Assembly (NCBI GenBank): GCA_963664945.1
Contig: OY761822.1
Coordinates: forward strand, 3,847,162 to 3,911,161
Reading direction: 5' to 3'
Length of the DNA stretch: 64,000 nucleotides
From: Gammaproteobacteria bacterium
Lineage (GTDB): Bacteria; Pseudomonadota; Gammaproteobacteria; Steroidobacterales; Rariloculaceae
Within the stretch, counting starts at the first letter, position 1. The number at the start of each line of letters is the position of its first letter. This document shows positions 22,509-31,019 of the stretch, piece after piece. The translations under genes were made by a program, and so were the position numbers. The notes under the pieces were generated by a model. The model searched no databases, was not told the origin of the DNA, and saw only the letters and a program-made list of their open reading frames with translations.

Positions 22509-22539
22509 AACCCCCTGATTCAACTGGGGGTTTCTTTTG
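22509..22539. terminator. Bidirectional intrinsic terminator between the array and cas2
   Basis: AACCCCC-tgattcaact-GGGGGTT followed by TCTTTTG on the plus strand (end of array transcripts). On the minus strand the same hairpin follows the cas2 stop, with a weaker T tract. Confidence 0.6.
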
Positions 22540-22591
22540 CCCTCGGGCGAAGAAAAACAAGATTTGATAGCTCAATATGGTGCGCATCGCG

Positions 22592-22924
22592 TCAAAAAAG
22601 AACATATTGATCGGGTATTTTGTTGGCTGGGCGGCGCGTTCGACCGCAGAAACTGGCAATGGATTCATATTGTTTGTCAGTGAATTGCATTATGTCGACT
22701 TTGCCATCCTCAGGCAGTGACGAAGCGACCTTTCGCATCAACGCGTCAACCGCCTCTTTTCCTGACGTATGGCGAACATAGACGGAAAATTGAGCCATTT
22801 CAAAGCCTTGGTCAAGCAGGAAGTTTCTGAATTTCGTCGCCGCTTTGCGCATTTCCGGTTCGGTCACGGGAAGATCGAAAAGGACCATCATCCACATCGT
22901 GCGATAGCCGCTCAAGTAAGGCAT
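22592..22924 (-). CDS. cas2: CRISPR-associated endoribonuclease Cas2
   Basis: 110 aa. MWMMVLFDLPV...KFRNFLLDQGFEMAQFSVY is typical of type II Cas2. The ATG lies 3 nt from the IS630 end (counting the duplicated TA). Confidence 0.9.
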   Translation of the reverse strand: MPYLSGYRTMWMMVLFDLPVTEPEMRKAATKFRNFLLDQGFEMAQFSVYVRHTSGKEAVDALMRKVASSLPEDGKVDIMQFTDKQYESIASFCGRTRRPANKIPDQYVLF

Positions 22925-22927
22925 CGC

Positions 22928-24159
22928 TAGTGTTCCATCAACTTTGTATTGATGGATAAAGTGACTTCAATTTGATGCGTGCGTCATCGGTCGTGAATCG
23001 CCAGTTGACGTGCACGGTTTCCTCGTTGCGCTGTTTTTGCCATGCGTCGATTTCACGTTTCAAGACGTGCCGGTCCGCCAGGCGGCGATCGAGGCATTGG
23101 CGCGACAGCACGCCGATTTCGATCTCGGCCATGTTCAGCCAACTGCCGTGCTTGGGGGTGAAATGGATTTCCAGCCGCCCGGCGATCCGACGCGCCTTGG
23201 CCGGTTCGAACGCTTCATATAACGAGGCCAATTTATGGATGTTCAAATTGTCCATGACCAGCACGATCCTGCGTTTCTCCGGGTAGTGCTCATCCACCAA
23301 CTCCTCGATCAACCGCGCCCAATCCACCTTCGTGCGCCGATCGGTCGCCTTGACGTGCCGCCAACCCTCCAGCGGCGCGCACAGCATGAACAGGTTGCTG
23401 ACGCCGTTGCGTTCGTATTCGTAATCGCACTTCGCCGCGTCGCCCGGTCGCGCCGGCGCCGGGGTGCGGGTTTCCTTGACGTGTTGCTTGCTGGTTTCAT
23501 CCAGGCACACCAGCACCTCGTCCTCGGCAAAATCGCGCCGATACACCTCCAGCACGTCCTCCATCGCGCAGACGAAGTCCGCATTGCGTTTCGGCGGAAT
23601 GCACCAGCAGTCCTTCAACCAAGGCTTGAGTTCGTTTTTTTTAGCGTCTGCCTCACCGCCTCCGGACTGATGGAGTCCACGATGTCGCATTCAACCAAAC
23701 GATCCGCCAACAACCTCAATGTCCAGGACTTGCGCCCCTCCGGCGCCGCCGAACAGGCCGTGGCCACGAGAAACGCCTCGCCCCCGCCATCCAGCTTCCT
23801 GGCCCTGCGGTTGCGCTGGACCTTCCGGTTCAATGCCGCTTCAAGCCCTTGCTCAACCAAACGGCGCCGCACCCGCGCGACCGTGGCCGTGCCGACCTGC
23901 AACGCCCCGGCGATGGCCTCGTCCGTGCGACCCCCCGCCTCCGAATCCTCGTCCGCCAGCAACAGTATCCTGGCGTGTGTGATCTTGCGGGCCGCGGCCT
24001 TGCCCACCGACACCAGGTCCCCCAGCATCGCCCGCTCCTCCGTCGTCAACGTCACCCTGTACTTCTTCACCTTGTCAAAACTCCCACTATGAAAAGGTTG
24101 CACGATCAATCTCATACTTTACATGAATTACAGGTCACTTCAAAATTGTTGGTACACTA
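22928..24159 (-). mobile_element. IS630-family insertion sequence including duplicated TA
   Basis: Terminal inverted repeats TAGTGTTCCATCAACTTTG (22928-22946) and CAAAATTGTTGGTACACTA (24141-24159), 16/19 matching. TA at both ends. Removing the element restores a CTAG target. Confidence 0.9.
22938..24115 (-). CDS. IS630-family transposase, two frames joined at an A8 run (programmed -1 frameshift or frameshift mutation)
   Basis: N-terminal HTH ORF 23615..24115 (KKYRVTLTTEERAML...GKAAARKITHARILL). DDE ORF 22938..23690 (LKPWLKDCWCIPP...VLVMDNLNIH...HGSWLNMAEIE). The frames overlap at the T8 run on the plus strand, 23635-23642. Confidence 0.85.
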
Positions 24160-25065
24160 GTGCAGATGCCTAAACAGGGCAAGTGGCGGCCCCGGCAGTT
24201 CAAGGTCAGACCTTTTTTTCATATAGACTTGCGCGAGCGATGTCGCAAGGCGATAAAGACAGATCTGCAGCGGCGACGCGCCTTTGGGTCCTTCGAGATC
24301 CATGATGGTCACTTTCGCAAGAGCAGACTTCGCAACTCGATCGAGACAATCGTCGGCCTTGGCAGCCAAGTGCCTGACAGTGCCGTCGACGAGCGGGCGA
24401 AACGGTTCCATGAGATCGTCCGCCAACCGTAGCGCGGTCCCTCGGCTCTGATGGTGAATCGCCAGCGATGGGTGTAATCCCGCAGCCACGATTGAGCGCG
24501 CCGTCGCGGAGCGAAGAATCGTATAGCCATAGTTGAGCATCGAATTGATGCCGCCAGCGTTGCGATTCCTTCGAAACTCTTCACCCATCATCAAAGGCCA
24601 ATACCGACGGGCCGCCAAGCTTTCGACATTGCCAGGATCGCCGGAACGCACTGATCTGATGAGTCGGCGGACTCCGGTGGAGTTTTCTCCGAATGCGTCC
24701 AACGCATCGGCTTGGGCGGTTATCTTTGCTCGAACCAGTGCTTGCCACAGACGTTTTCGCGTGGGTAACGACGCTTCGGCCTGCGCCTGCATGTGCATTC
24801 CCTGTTCGTGGTGTCCATCGATCGGCCAGACCAGTGCGGACGGCGCGTGGTTGGAACCACAGACAACGATTGGCGTGCCTCGTTCCGACATCCTGGTGGT
24901 GAGATTCGCGGACCATGTTGCACCATGGCAGTTGATGACGAGTGCGGCGATGTCGTCGAGCGCAATACGGCCCACCTGCACGCCGTCCCGACTGACGGTC
25001 ATAAAACCTCGTTTAACGGCAAGGTGCGTGCCGTCGGAAGCGATCTCGACAATTCGACCGATCAT
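24157..25065 (-). CDS. cas1: CRISPR-associated endonuclease Cas1 (type II)
   Basis: 302 aa. MIGRIVEIASDGTHLAVKRGFM... and NSMLNYGYTILR are Cas1 motifs. The ATG overlaps the cas9 stop (ATGA). The stop TAG is formed at the IS630 junction. Confidence 0.92.
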   Translation of the reverse strand: MIGRIVEIASDGTHLAVKRGFMTVSRDGVQVGRIALDDIAALVINCHGATWSANLTTRMSERGTPIVVCGSNHAPSALVWPIDGHHEQGMHMQAQAEASLPTRKRLWQALVRAKITAQADALDAFGENSTGVRRLIRSVRSGDPGNVESLAARRYWPLMMGEEFRRNRNAGGINSMLNYGYTILRSATARSIVAAGLHPSLAIHHQSRGTALRLADDLMEPFRPLVDGTVRHLAAKADDCLDRVAKSALAKVTIMDLEGPKGASPLQICLYRLATSLAQVYMKKRSDLELPGPPLALFRHLH

Positions 25066-28000
25066 GTTGGCGGCCCCGGGTCAAAGAGCTTTCCGGACAC
25101 CGTGACGCGCACCTTGCGCGCGCCCAAGGGTATCAAGCTTCCGGGGGACTTGGTCAGGTAGTTGAACCGATCGCTCTTGTCTGCATTGCGGGCCTTCAAT
25201 GAGCCTGCCTCGAAGTGTTCCGCGAGAACGATCTGCCCGGGGGATAGTTTCTCAACCCGCACGATCCGTCGTTCAGAGCCGGTACTGATCGCCAGCATGT
25301 CATGTTTGCGTATTCGCATGATCAATGGCGTTCCATCGGACAATTTCTGGGCGCCTGAATCGAATCCATCTTGATTTGCGTCGAATCGTGAAACGACATG
25401 GCCGGTCCACTTCCCCTGAGGACCTTGATAGATGTCGTAGCAATAGTTCGAATCGCCCTTGTAGGCCTTGAGAGTCAGACCGTCAGGCGTGGAAACGGTC
25501 GGAATGACACGCAGCCTTTCGCACAACCTCACTCGTCTGACGGGCGGGTTCATGCCCTCGCCGGCTTCGACCAATGCCCGGGTGAACGCCGCGCCGGCCA
25601 GGCCAGTAGTGGCCGCGAGCAGTTGTTCGCGGATCAGGGGATCGCGTATGTTCGCGATTTGCCCGGCCCCGAGTCTGGAGAGGGGCACGCGGTGCACAAC
25701 CATGGAACGGCCCTTGGCATCAGGCGCTTCCACGACGCCATACGCAGTATCGTTGTGCAGGGAGCCCTGAACACCGTGGTCGGGCTTGTGGCTGACGATG
25801 ATGCGGCTAATGCATTCGCGCACGGTGTCGCGGAATCCGGTCCATGGCGTCGGAAGATTGGCTAGGTAGCGCTTGTCAAAGCGTTCTTCCGCCATCCCCG
25901 CGCGAGTTGCAACGTCGGCGAGGATTCTCCGATCGGTGAGTGCGACCACAATTGCATCAATGGCGTGATGCCTGTGATCGAGGCGGTTTTTGGCGGGAAT
26001 AACCTTTTCGCCTTGACCGTGCTCAGAAAGGACGGAATCGAGTCCCCAGGCCCAACGCAGATCAGACGTCAGGCGTCCGGGAGTCACCCAGACACGGGCG
26101 CCCGTGTACATCAGGTAGTGTCTGGCGATCCGGCTCATGTACCGGGTATCGACGAGTTGGCGGTCAAGAAAATCCCGCTCCTCGTCATTGTACCGGTCCA
26201 TGGCGTCGGGCCCGAATCGCCAAGACTTGTTTGCGGGCATTTTTGCGGCGCGCGCGGAAATCGCTTCCCAGTCGTATTCGCCGGGCGAATCGGCGAACGC
26301 CTCATACGGCGAGCGCTGTCCCTTGACCCTGTTGGCAACCCGCATTGACAACGTCTTGTTGGCGACGCCGTTGTCGAGGGTTTGGGAAAGCGGAAGGATG
26401 TGCTCGATTTCGACCTGATCGGAAAAGAGTCGGCTAAGGCCGATCTGCTCCCCGGTGTAGGGGCAGCGACGATCCAGAGGGTTTGCGGGATTGAGTTCTT
26501 CCCAGAGTCTCAATCGCAGGCGATTCTCGTACGAATCTGCTTGACCCAGTTTCTTGAGCGTTTCTCGGCGCTCATCATTGGCACGCTGGTTGTCACGCTG
26601 GACACGGTCCAGATTTGCCTTTCCCTTGGCCGACAGGGGCAGATCGCGGGCCAACTCGACGATGATTTCTTCGGGCCTGCCAAAGTGCGCCATCAGCTCG
26701 TTCGCGAGTCGTCGAAGCTGATTGAGCGCAACGTGCACGGTTGGATTGGCGAGCTTTCCGTATCGCTTCTCGGGAATGTCGGACGGGTCGCCGGATCCGA
26801 ATGCGACGTGGCGCTGAAGTACTTCGCCGTAATAGGGAAGAACGTCGAAGACTTCGCCATCGAAGTCCAGTGCGGAATGGTCTTCGAAACCGGCACCGCG
26901 TACAGCTTCATCGTAGTTGACGACATCTCGCTTGAGTTCCTCTAGAACTTTTAGCGCGGTGGTTCGACCAAGCTGAGCATGTCCGCTGGGCAGGTGAGCC
27001 GTCATGACAGCGACCGCCGTTTCGGCAGAAAGTCCGAACTGGCTTAGCAGCCAGTCGCGAAGGGCGGATTCGTTTTCTTCAGCGAGCAGCATCTCGACAA
27101 CGCGCTCCTGATCCGAAAATGACAGTTTGCGCCACTGCTTTCCCCACTTGGTCTTCGCGGCCAGTACGGCGGCCGTTTGGTCGCCATCAAGGTGTCTTCG
27201 CGTTTCACTTTCCAGGTTAAAGCGTGTGCCAGAAGGAGCCTTTAATGACTTTCGTGCCAACTCGAACGTGAGCTTTCGAACCGAGAGAGCTTTGTTTATA
27301 AGGGTATCGCGCTCCTCACGCGATAATTGGCGCTCGGCTTCCCCCGGTGACCGGATTCGCAGGTGATTGATCTCCTGGTAAATGCGAAGCCGCTGCATAG
27401 ACGGCAGTGCCCTTGGCGCGCGTTCTTCCAAGGGATTGAGGGAACATTTTCCGACAGGTTGCGGTTTGAGCTTGCGCTGGAAAAACAGAATGTCGTACAA
27501 ATCGTCGCGCGCGTTGTCGGTCAGAGTGCCGTCGTGAAACCTATTCTGCGCGGCCCACAGACATTGAAATTCGTCTTCGACCATCTCGCGGGTGGGGTAA
27601 AAGTCGTAGGCGGCTTTTGCGCCGGTGCCCACGAGGCGCGCGCGAACCGGGTTGGTTGAAGCGGCCTTGTTATCCAGAGTCCCGTCCTTCACGCGGGGCC
27701 GGGCCAGATGCTCGCCAAGCGTGCGCGCGCCGGATTCCTGCATCTTGAGTTGCAACGCGATAGCCGCTGACCTGATCTTGCCGTGTTCTTTGTCCGCGGC
27801 CTTTTCGGTCTTGCGGTTGGACTTGAAGCCACGACGCTGCTGCAGGTGAAACAATGCTCGGCCCAGTTGATGCAGCGTCAATTTCTCATCCAGACCTCTT
27901 ACACGTAACACCCACGGATCTTCTCGTTGCAAGTCCTTTCGTGCTTCTGCGTCGGCTGGCATCAGACCGTGCCGGATCAACGCCTCCATGAAACGATTGC

Positions 28001-28220
28001 GCCGATTCACATAGCGATCTCGCATCCGTCGCTGCTGACGAGGCAGACGTCGCGCTACGGCGTTGGACTGCCGGTCCTTTGGGTTGCGTCCGTCGGAAAA
28101 TATCCTCACGCCAGAAGAGAGAAGGCTGGTGGGCCGACGTTCTTCATTGCCGCCCTCCAGTGAGAGGGCGGCCCAACCGATGGAATTCGTGCCAAGATCC
28201 AGTCCGAGCCGCCAAGCCAT
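25062..28220 (-). CDS. cas9: Cas9 endonuclease, compact type II-C class (1052 aa)
   Basis: RuvC-I MAWRLGLDLGTNSIGWA; Arg-rich bridge helix RRLPRQQRRMRDRYVNRRNRF; HNH VEIEHILPLSQTLDNGVANKTLSMRVANRVKGQRSP; RuvC-III HHAIDAIVVA. GGAGGTG lies 6 nt before ATG 28220. No csn2 or cas4 is present. Confidence 0.95.
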   Translation of the reverse strand: MAWRLGLDLGTNSIGWAALSLEGGNEERRPTSLLSSGVRIFSDGRNPKDRQSNAVARRLPRQQRRMRDRYVNRRNRFMEALIRHGLMPADAEARKDLQREDPWVLRVRGLDEKLTLHQLGRALFHLQQRRGFKSNRKTEKAADKEHGKIRSAAIALQLKMQESGARTLGEHLARPRVKDGTLDNKAASTNPVRARLVGTGAKAAYDFYPTREMVEDEFQCLWAAQNRFHDGTLTDNARDDLYDILFFQRKLKPQPVGKCSLNPLEERAPRALPSMQRLRIYQEINHLRIRSPGEAERQLSREERDTLINKALSVRKLTFELARKSLKAPSGTRFNLESETRRHLDGDQTAAVLAAKTKWGKQWRKLSFSDQERVVEMLLAEENESALRDWLLSQFGLSAETAVAVMTAHLPSGHAQLGRTTALKVLEELKRDVVNYDEAVRGAGFEDHSALDFDGEVFDVLPYYGEVLQRHVAFGSGDPSDIPEKRYGKLANPTVHVALNQLRRLANELMAHFGRPEEIIVELARDLPLSAKGKANLDRVQRDNQRANDERRETLKKLGQADSYENRLRLRLWEELNPANPLDRRCPYTGEQIGLSRLFSDQVEIEHILPLSQTLDNGVANKTLSMRVANRVKGQRSPYEAFADSPGEYDWEAISARAAKMPANKSWRFGPDAMDRYNDEERDFLDRQLVDTRYMSRIARHYLMYTGARVWVTPGRLTSDLRWAWGLDSVLSEHGQGEKVIPAKNRLDHRHHAIDAIVVALTDRRILADVATRAGMAEERFDKRYLANLPTPWTGFRDTVRECISRIIVSHKPDHGVQGSLHNDTAYGVVEAPDAKGRSMVVHRVPLSRLGAGQIANIRDPLIREQLLAATTGLAGAAFTRALVEAGEGMNPPVRRVRLCERLRVIPTVSTPDGLTLKAYKGDSNYCYDIYQGPQGKWTGHVVSRFDANQDGFDSGAQKLSDGTPLIMRIRKHDMLAISTGSERRIVRVEKLSPGQIVLAEHFEAGSLKARNADKSDRFNYLTKSPGSLIPLGARKVRVTVSGKLFDPGPPT

Positions 28221-28259
28221 TTCATGCACCTCCGAGTATCGAACGCAACATTTTAGCGA

Positions 28260-28288
28260 TTGATTGGCCGAATTGTTGGGGATAGAAT
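28260..28288 (+). promoter_or_regulatory. Sigma70-like promoter for the tracrRNA
   Basis: TTGATT (28260-28265), 17-nt spacer, TAGAAT (28283-28288). Lies 13 nt upstream of the anti-repeat and is divergent from cas9. Confidence 0.45.
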
Positions 28289-28294
28289 CAGCGA

Positions 28295-28390
28295 TTCCCA
28301 ATCTAGCTGATGGGAAGTCGTGGTCTTTCCGTTAACAAGGTGAAAGATCCACAAAATTTAGGGCAGCCTTCGGGCTGCCCTTTCCCTTTG
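28295..28390 (+). ncRNA. Predicted tracrRNA
   Basis: The anti-repeat at 28302-28336 (TCTAGCTGATGGGAAGTCGTGGTCTTTCCGTTAAC) pairs with almost the whole repeat, using G:U wobbles, a UU/UU mismatch and a 1-nt bulge. It ends in the hairpin GGGCAGCC-TTCG-GGCTGCCC plus TTTCCCTTT (28361-28390). The 5' end is inferred from the promoter. Confidence 0.75.
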
Positions 28391-28809
28391 GCGCCAAGAG
28401 CGCCGGATTGAACTGATGTTGCACTTCGGGCAGGGTACGCCCGTAGCCCATTAGGGCGACAGGCTGGTTTTGCAGCTTACGGTTTCGGATCGGTTAAATG
28501 ATTGCTGGAGGCTCCGTCAAGGAGCGGGGTCCGAGGGAAGCGGAAACGGCATTAATCAGGTCGTTAAGGTCCATGTTCGGCGGTCAACAACCGTTCGCCG
28601 ATTTGCGAGATTGCATCGAGTCCTGCTGTTGCATGCTGCAAATGGTGCGCTTCTTTTCCGCAGTCCTGGACCAGCCACGGTGGGACAGGCAGATTGTTTG
28701 AGGTTTGAGCTGGTGATTAGGGGTAAATTCGATCATGACCGCAAACTGCCCGATTGCCGGCGTGAGCTATTTCGAGTCCCTGGACCGCCCGGCGATGAAG
28801 CCGCTGGGT

Positions 28810-29862
28810 TCAATTCGCCGCACCGACGATGCGCCGGGTCGCCGCGAGCAATTCCGCGCCTGTGCCGCAATCGATGATCGCATCGCCCACGGTCGCCAAG
28901 CGCTCCGGCTCCGAAATGCCCGCCAGCAACACCGACAGGCGTTCGCCCGTGTCTTCGCCGAATCGGCGCGCCGCCTGGCGCTGCAGCAAGCGCCGTTCCA
29001 ATTCAAGGCCCTCCGCTCGGCCCTGCGCCAACGCCCGCGCACGAATCTGCGCCTCTTTCCACCGCTCTTGCGCCTTCCACCTCTCCACAGCCAACGATCC
29101 CATCGCTTCCACCTCTCCTGCCGCCGCCATTCTGGCCAACTCGTCCCGCAACGCCTCGTCGTCGCGCGTCAGCACGCCGTAGTCGTTTTCCCACGACCGC
29201 CGCACCCACTGGGCGAACGCCTTGCGCAACCCCGCCTGCTCAGGGCCCGCCAGCACCTCGTCCACCCGGCGCAATATCGCCACCGACTCCTCGAACGTGG
29301 CCTGTTCCAGCGCCACCTGCAAGCCGACCGCGCTGTCCTTCGGTACGCGGTCGGTCTTTGCCCGCTGCATGTCGAGCAGCACGTACTTGTTCGACGGCTG
29401 GAGCCGCGCAATTGCCGACGATGCCGGTGCGACCAGTTCCGAAACGTCCAGCGGCACCGTCCAGGGCGAGGACCGATTGTAAACCACGAAGGGGATGACC
29501 GGCGGCAGTGGCGTCATCGGCTGCGCGTCGTCGCTGAACTCCTTCCTCCGGCGCAGCAATCCCTCCCAAGCGAGTCCCGTGTAGGTCAACACCCGCAACG
29601 CCATGCGCAGGTCAACGCTGGACTGAAACTCCAGCAGTACGAGTACATGGACCCAGGCACCGTCAGGCGCCGAACGGGCACGCAGCCACCACATCAGGTC
29701 GCCCTCTCGCCGCGCAAGCCCCCGCCCGACATGCGATGCCGGCAGCGGCTCCAGCGTATTGAAGTAGAATCCGGGCCACGCGCCGTCCGGCGGGAACCCG
29801 CGCAGCAGGTCCGCGACCATGCGCCGGTGCGAGTACTGCAGTTTGTAGGCGGCGTCGTGCAT
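28810..29862 (-). CDS. Rpn-family recombination-promoting nuclease / PD-(D/E)XK putative transposase with DUF4351-like C-terminus
   Basis: MHDAAYKLQYSHRRMVADLLRGF...VHVLVLLEFQSSVD.RMALR N-terminal pattern. The C-terminal coiled region ends ...RRFGEDTGERLSVLL.GISEPERL. Start set at ATG 29862. Confidence 0.72.
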   Translation of the reverse strand: MHDAAYKLQYSHRRMVADLLRGFPPDGAWPGFYFNTLEPLPASHVGRGLARREGDLMWWLRARSAPDGAWVHVLVLLEFQSSVDLRMALRVLTYTGLAWEGLLRRRKEFSDDAQPMTPLPPVIPFVVYNRSSPWTVPLDVSELVAPASSAIARLQPSNKYVLLDMQRAKTDRVPKDSAVGLQVALEQATFEESVAILRRVDEVLAGPEQAGLRKAFAQWVRRSWENDYGVLTRDDEALRDELARMAAAGEVEAMGSLAVERWKAQERWKEAQIRARALAQGRAEGLELERRLLQRQAARRFGEDTGERLSVLLAGISEPERLATVGDAIIDCGTGAELLAATRRIVGAAN

Positions 29863-30281
29863 GAGGTTTACTCCGTCAAATGCCGATCTGCGTGTGGCAC
29901 ATCGTCGAACGCCAGATTGTACGGACCGGGACTTCCGCAACGGCATGACATTTTCGGGCAGAATTGCGAGATTTGCGGTGCCCGAGATGAATATCGTCAA
30001 GGAAGTTATGCTGCGAAGACGTGTTCGGCCACTTCGGCGTAACACCTTGAGAGTTTCCAGTCGATCCCATTCAAAAGCACCGCCCGATCCACGGCAAAGG
30101 TATCCCTTCGCCTATGGTCGTCGAATGATCGCTCGGATCGAAGCGACGCGGGGCCGGACTTTGTGGTTTAGCTGTGGGCGATTCACCTCCTTTGGATTAT
30201 TCCTGTTTCCAAGGAAAATCGGCTACAAGTCAATGTGGGAAAAGCAGCCACGTTCAGACTAAATTATCTGCGAGACACCAC

Positions 30282-31019
30282 TCACGCTGGCCCCAATCCC
30301 ACAGCCCCGTATAGAGCCGCAAGCTCGGCCCCGATCAACTGCCTTGTCATGCCGCGATGCAAATCACCCAGCGAGACCGGGCCATAGTCGGTGCGCAGCA
30401 GCCGGTTTACCGGCACGTCCAGCGCCGCCAACAGCCGCCTGACCTCGCGATTTCGGCCCTCGCGGAGCGAAACCCGGTACCAGGCGTTGGCGCCCGATCC
30501 GCCGTGTGCGGCGATGGTGTCGAATTTCGCAACGCCGTCCTCGAGTTGGATGCCTTCCCGCAGTCGCTTCAATTGCGCGGTGGAAAGCCGCCCCAGGATA
30601 CGCACGGCGTATTGCCTGCGAATTTCGTAGCTCGGGTGCATCAGGCGATGCGCGAGTTCGCCGTCGGTGGTCAATAGCAACAGGCCGGCTGAGTTGATAT
30701 CCAGCCGGCCCACGGCAATCCAGCGCCCGCGCCGCGGCGGTCTGACCTGCTGGAAAACGGTTGGCCGGCCCTCCGGGTCCCGCCTCGTCGTCACCTCGCC
30801 AATGCGCTTGTAGTAAGCGATGCACTGCGCGGTTCCGGTCGTCGCCGGCAAGTGCATCAAGCGGCCGTCGAGATAGACGCGCTCACCGCCCGCGAGCTTG
30901 TCGCCGAGTTTCGCCGGAACGTCCCCGACGACCACGCGGCCCTGCCTGATCCACCGTTCAACCTCGCGCCTCGACGCCACGCCGGCGTTGGCCAGCACCT
31001 TCTGAATACGATCAGCCAC
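30282..31019 (-). CDS. rluB: 23S rRNA pseudouridine(2605) synthase
   Basis: S4 domain RIQKVLANAGVASRREVERWI and RsuA/RluB catalytic motif GRLDINSAGLLLLTTDGELAHRL. Start moved to in-frame GTG 31019, overlapping the scpB end by 8 nt. Confidence 0.85.
   Translation of the reverse strand: MADRIQKVLANAGVASRREVERWIRQGRVVVGDVPAKLGDKLAGGERVYLDGRLMHLPATTGTAQCIAYYKRIGEVTTRRDPEGRPTVFQQVRPPRRGRWIAVGRLDINSAGLLLLTTDGELAHRLMHPSYEIRRQYAVRILGRLSTAQLKRLREGIQLEDGVAKFDTIAAHGGSGANAWYRVSLREGRNREVRRLLAALDVPVNRLLRTDYGPVSLGDLHRGMTRQLIGAELAALYGAVGLGPA

Noticed and set aside
19853-22518. Several ORFs (up to 278 aa) encoding repeated RLDRDFPSARL or SLADGKSRSNRN peptides
   Set aside because: They are translations of the CRISPR repeats in different frames. 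The periodicity comes from the 66-nt array unit, so they are not genes.
28221-28301. 27-codon N-terminal extension of cas9 (tracked ORF start 28301)
   Set aside because: The extension (MGIADSIPNNSANQSLKCCVRYSEVHE) precedes the universally N-terminal RuvC-I motif and would overlap the tracrRNA promoter. ATG 28220 has a GGAGGTG ribosome-binding site 6 nt upstream.
28470-28877. 135-aa and 67-aa plus-strand ORFs between the tracrRNA and the Rpn gene
   Set aside because: They have no motifs, no ribosome-binding site and atypical composition, and the longer one overlaps the Rpn gene end antisense. The region is treated as non-coding or degenerate.
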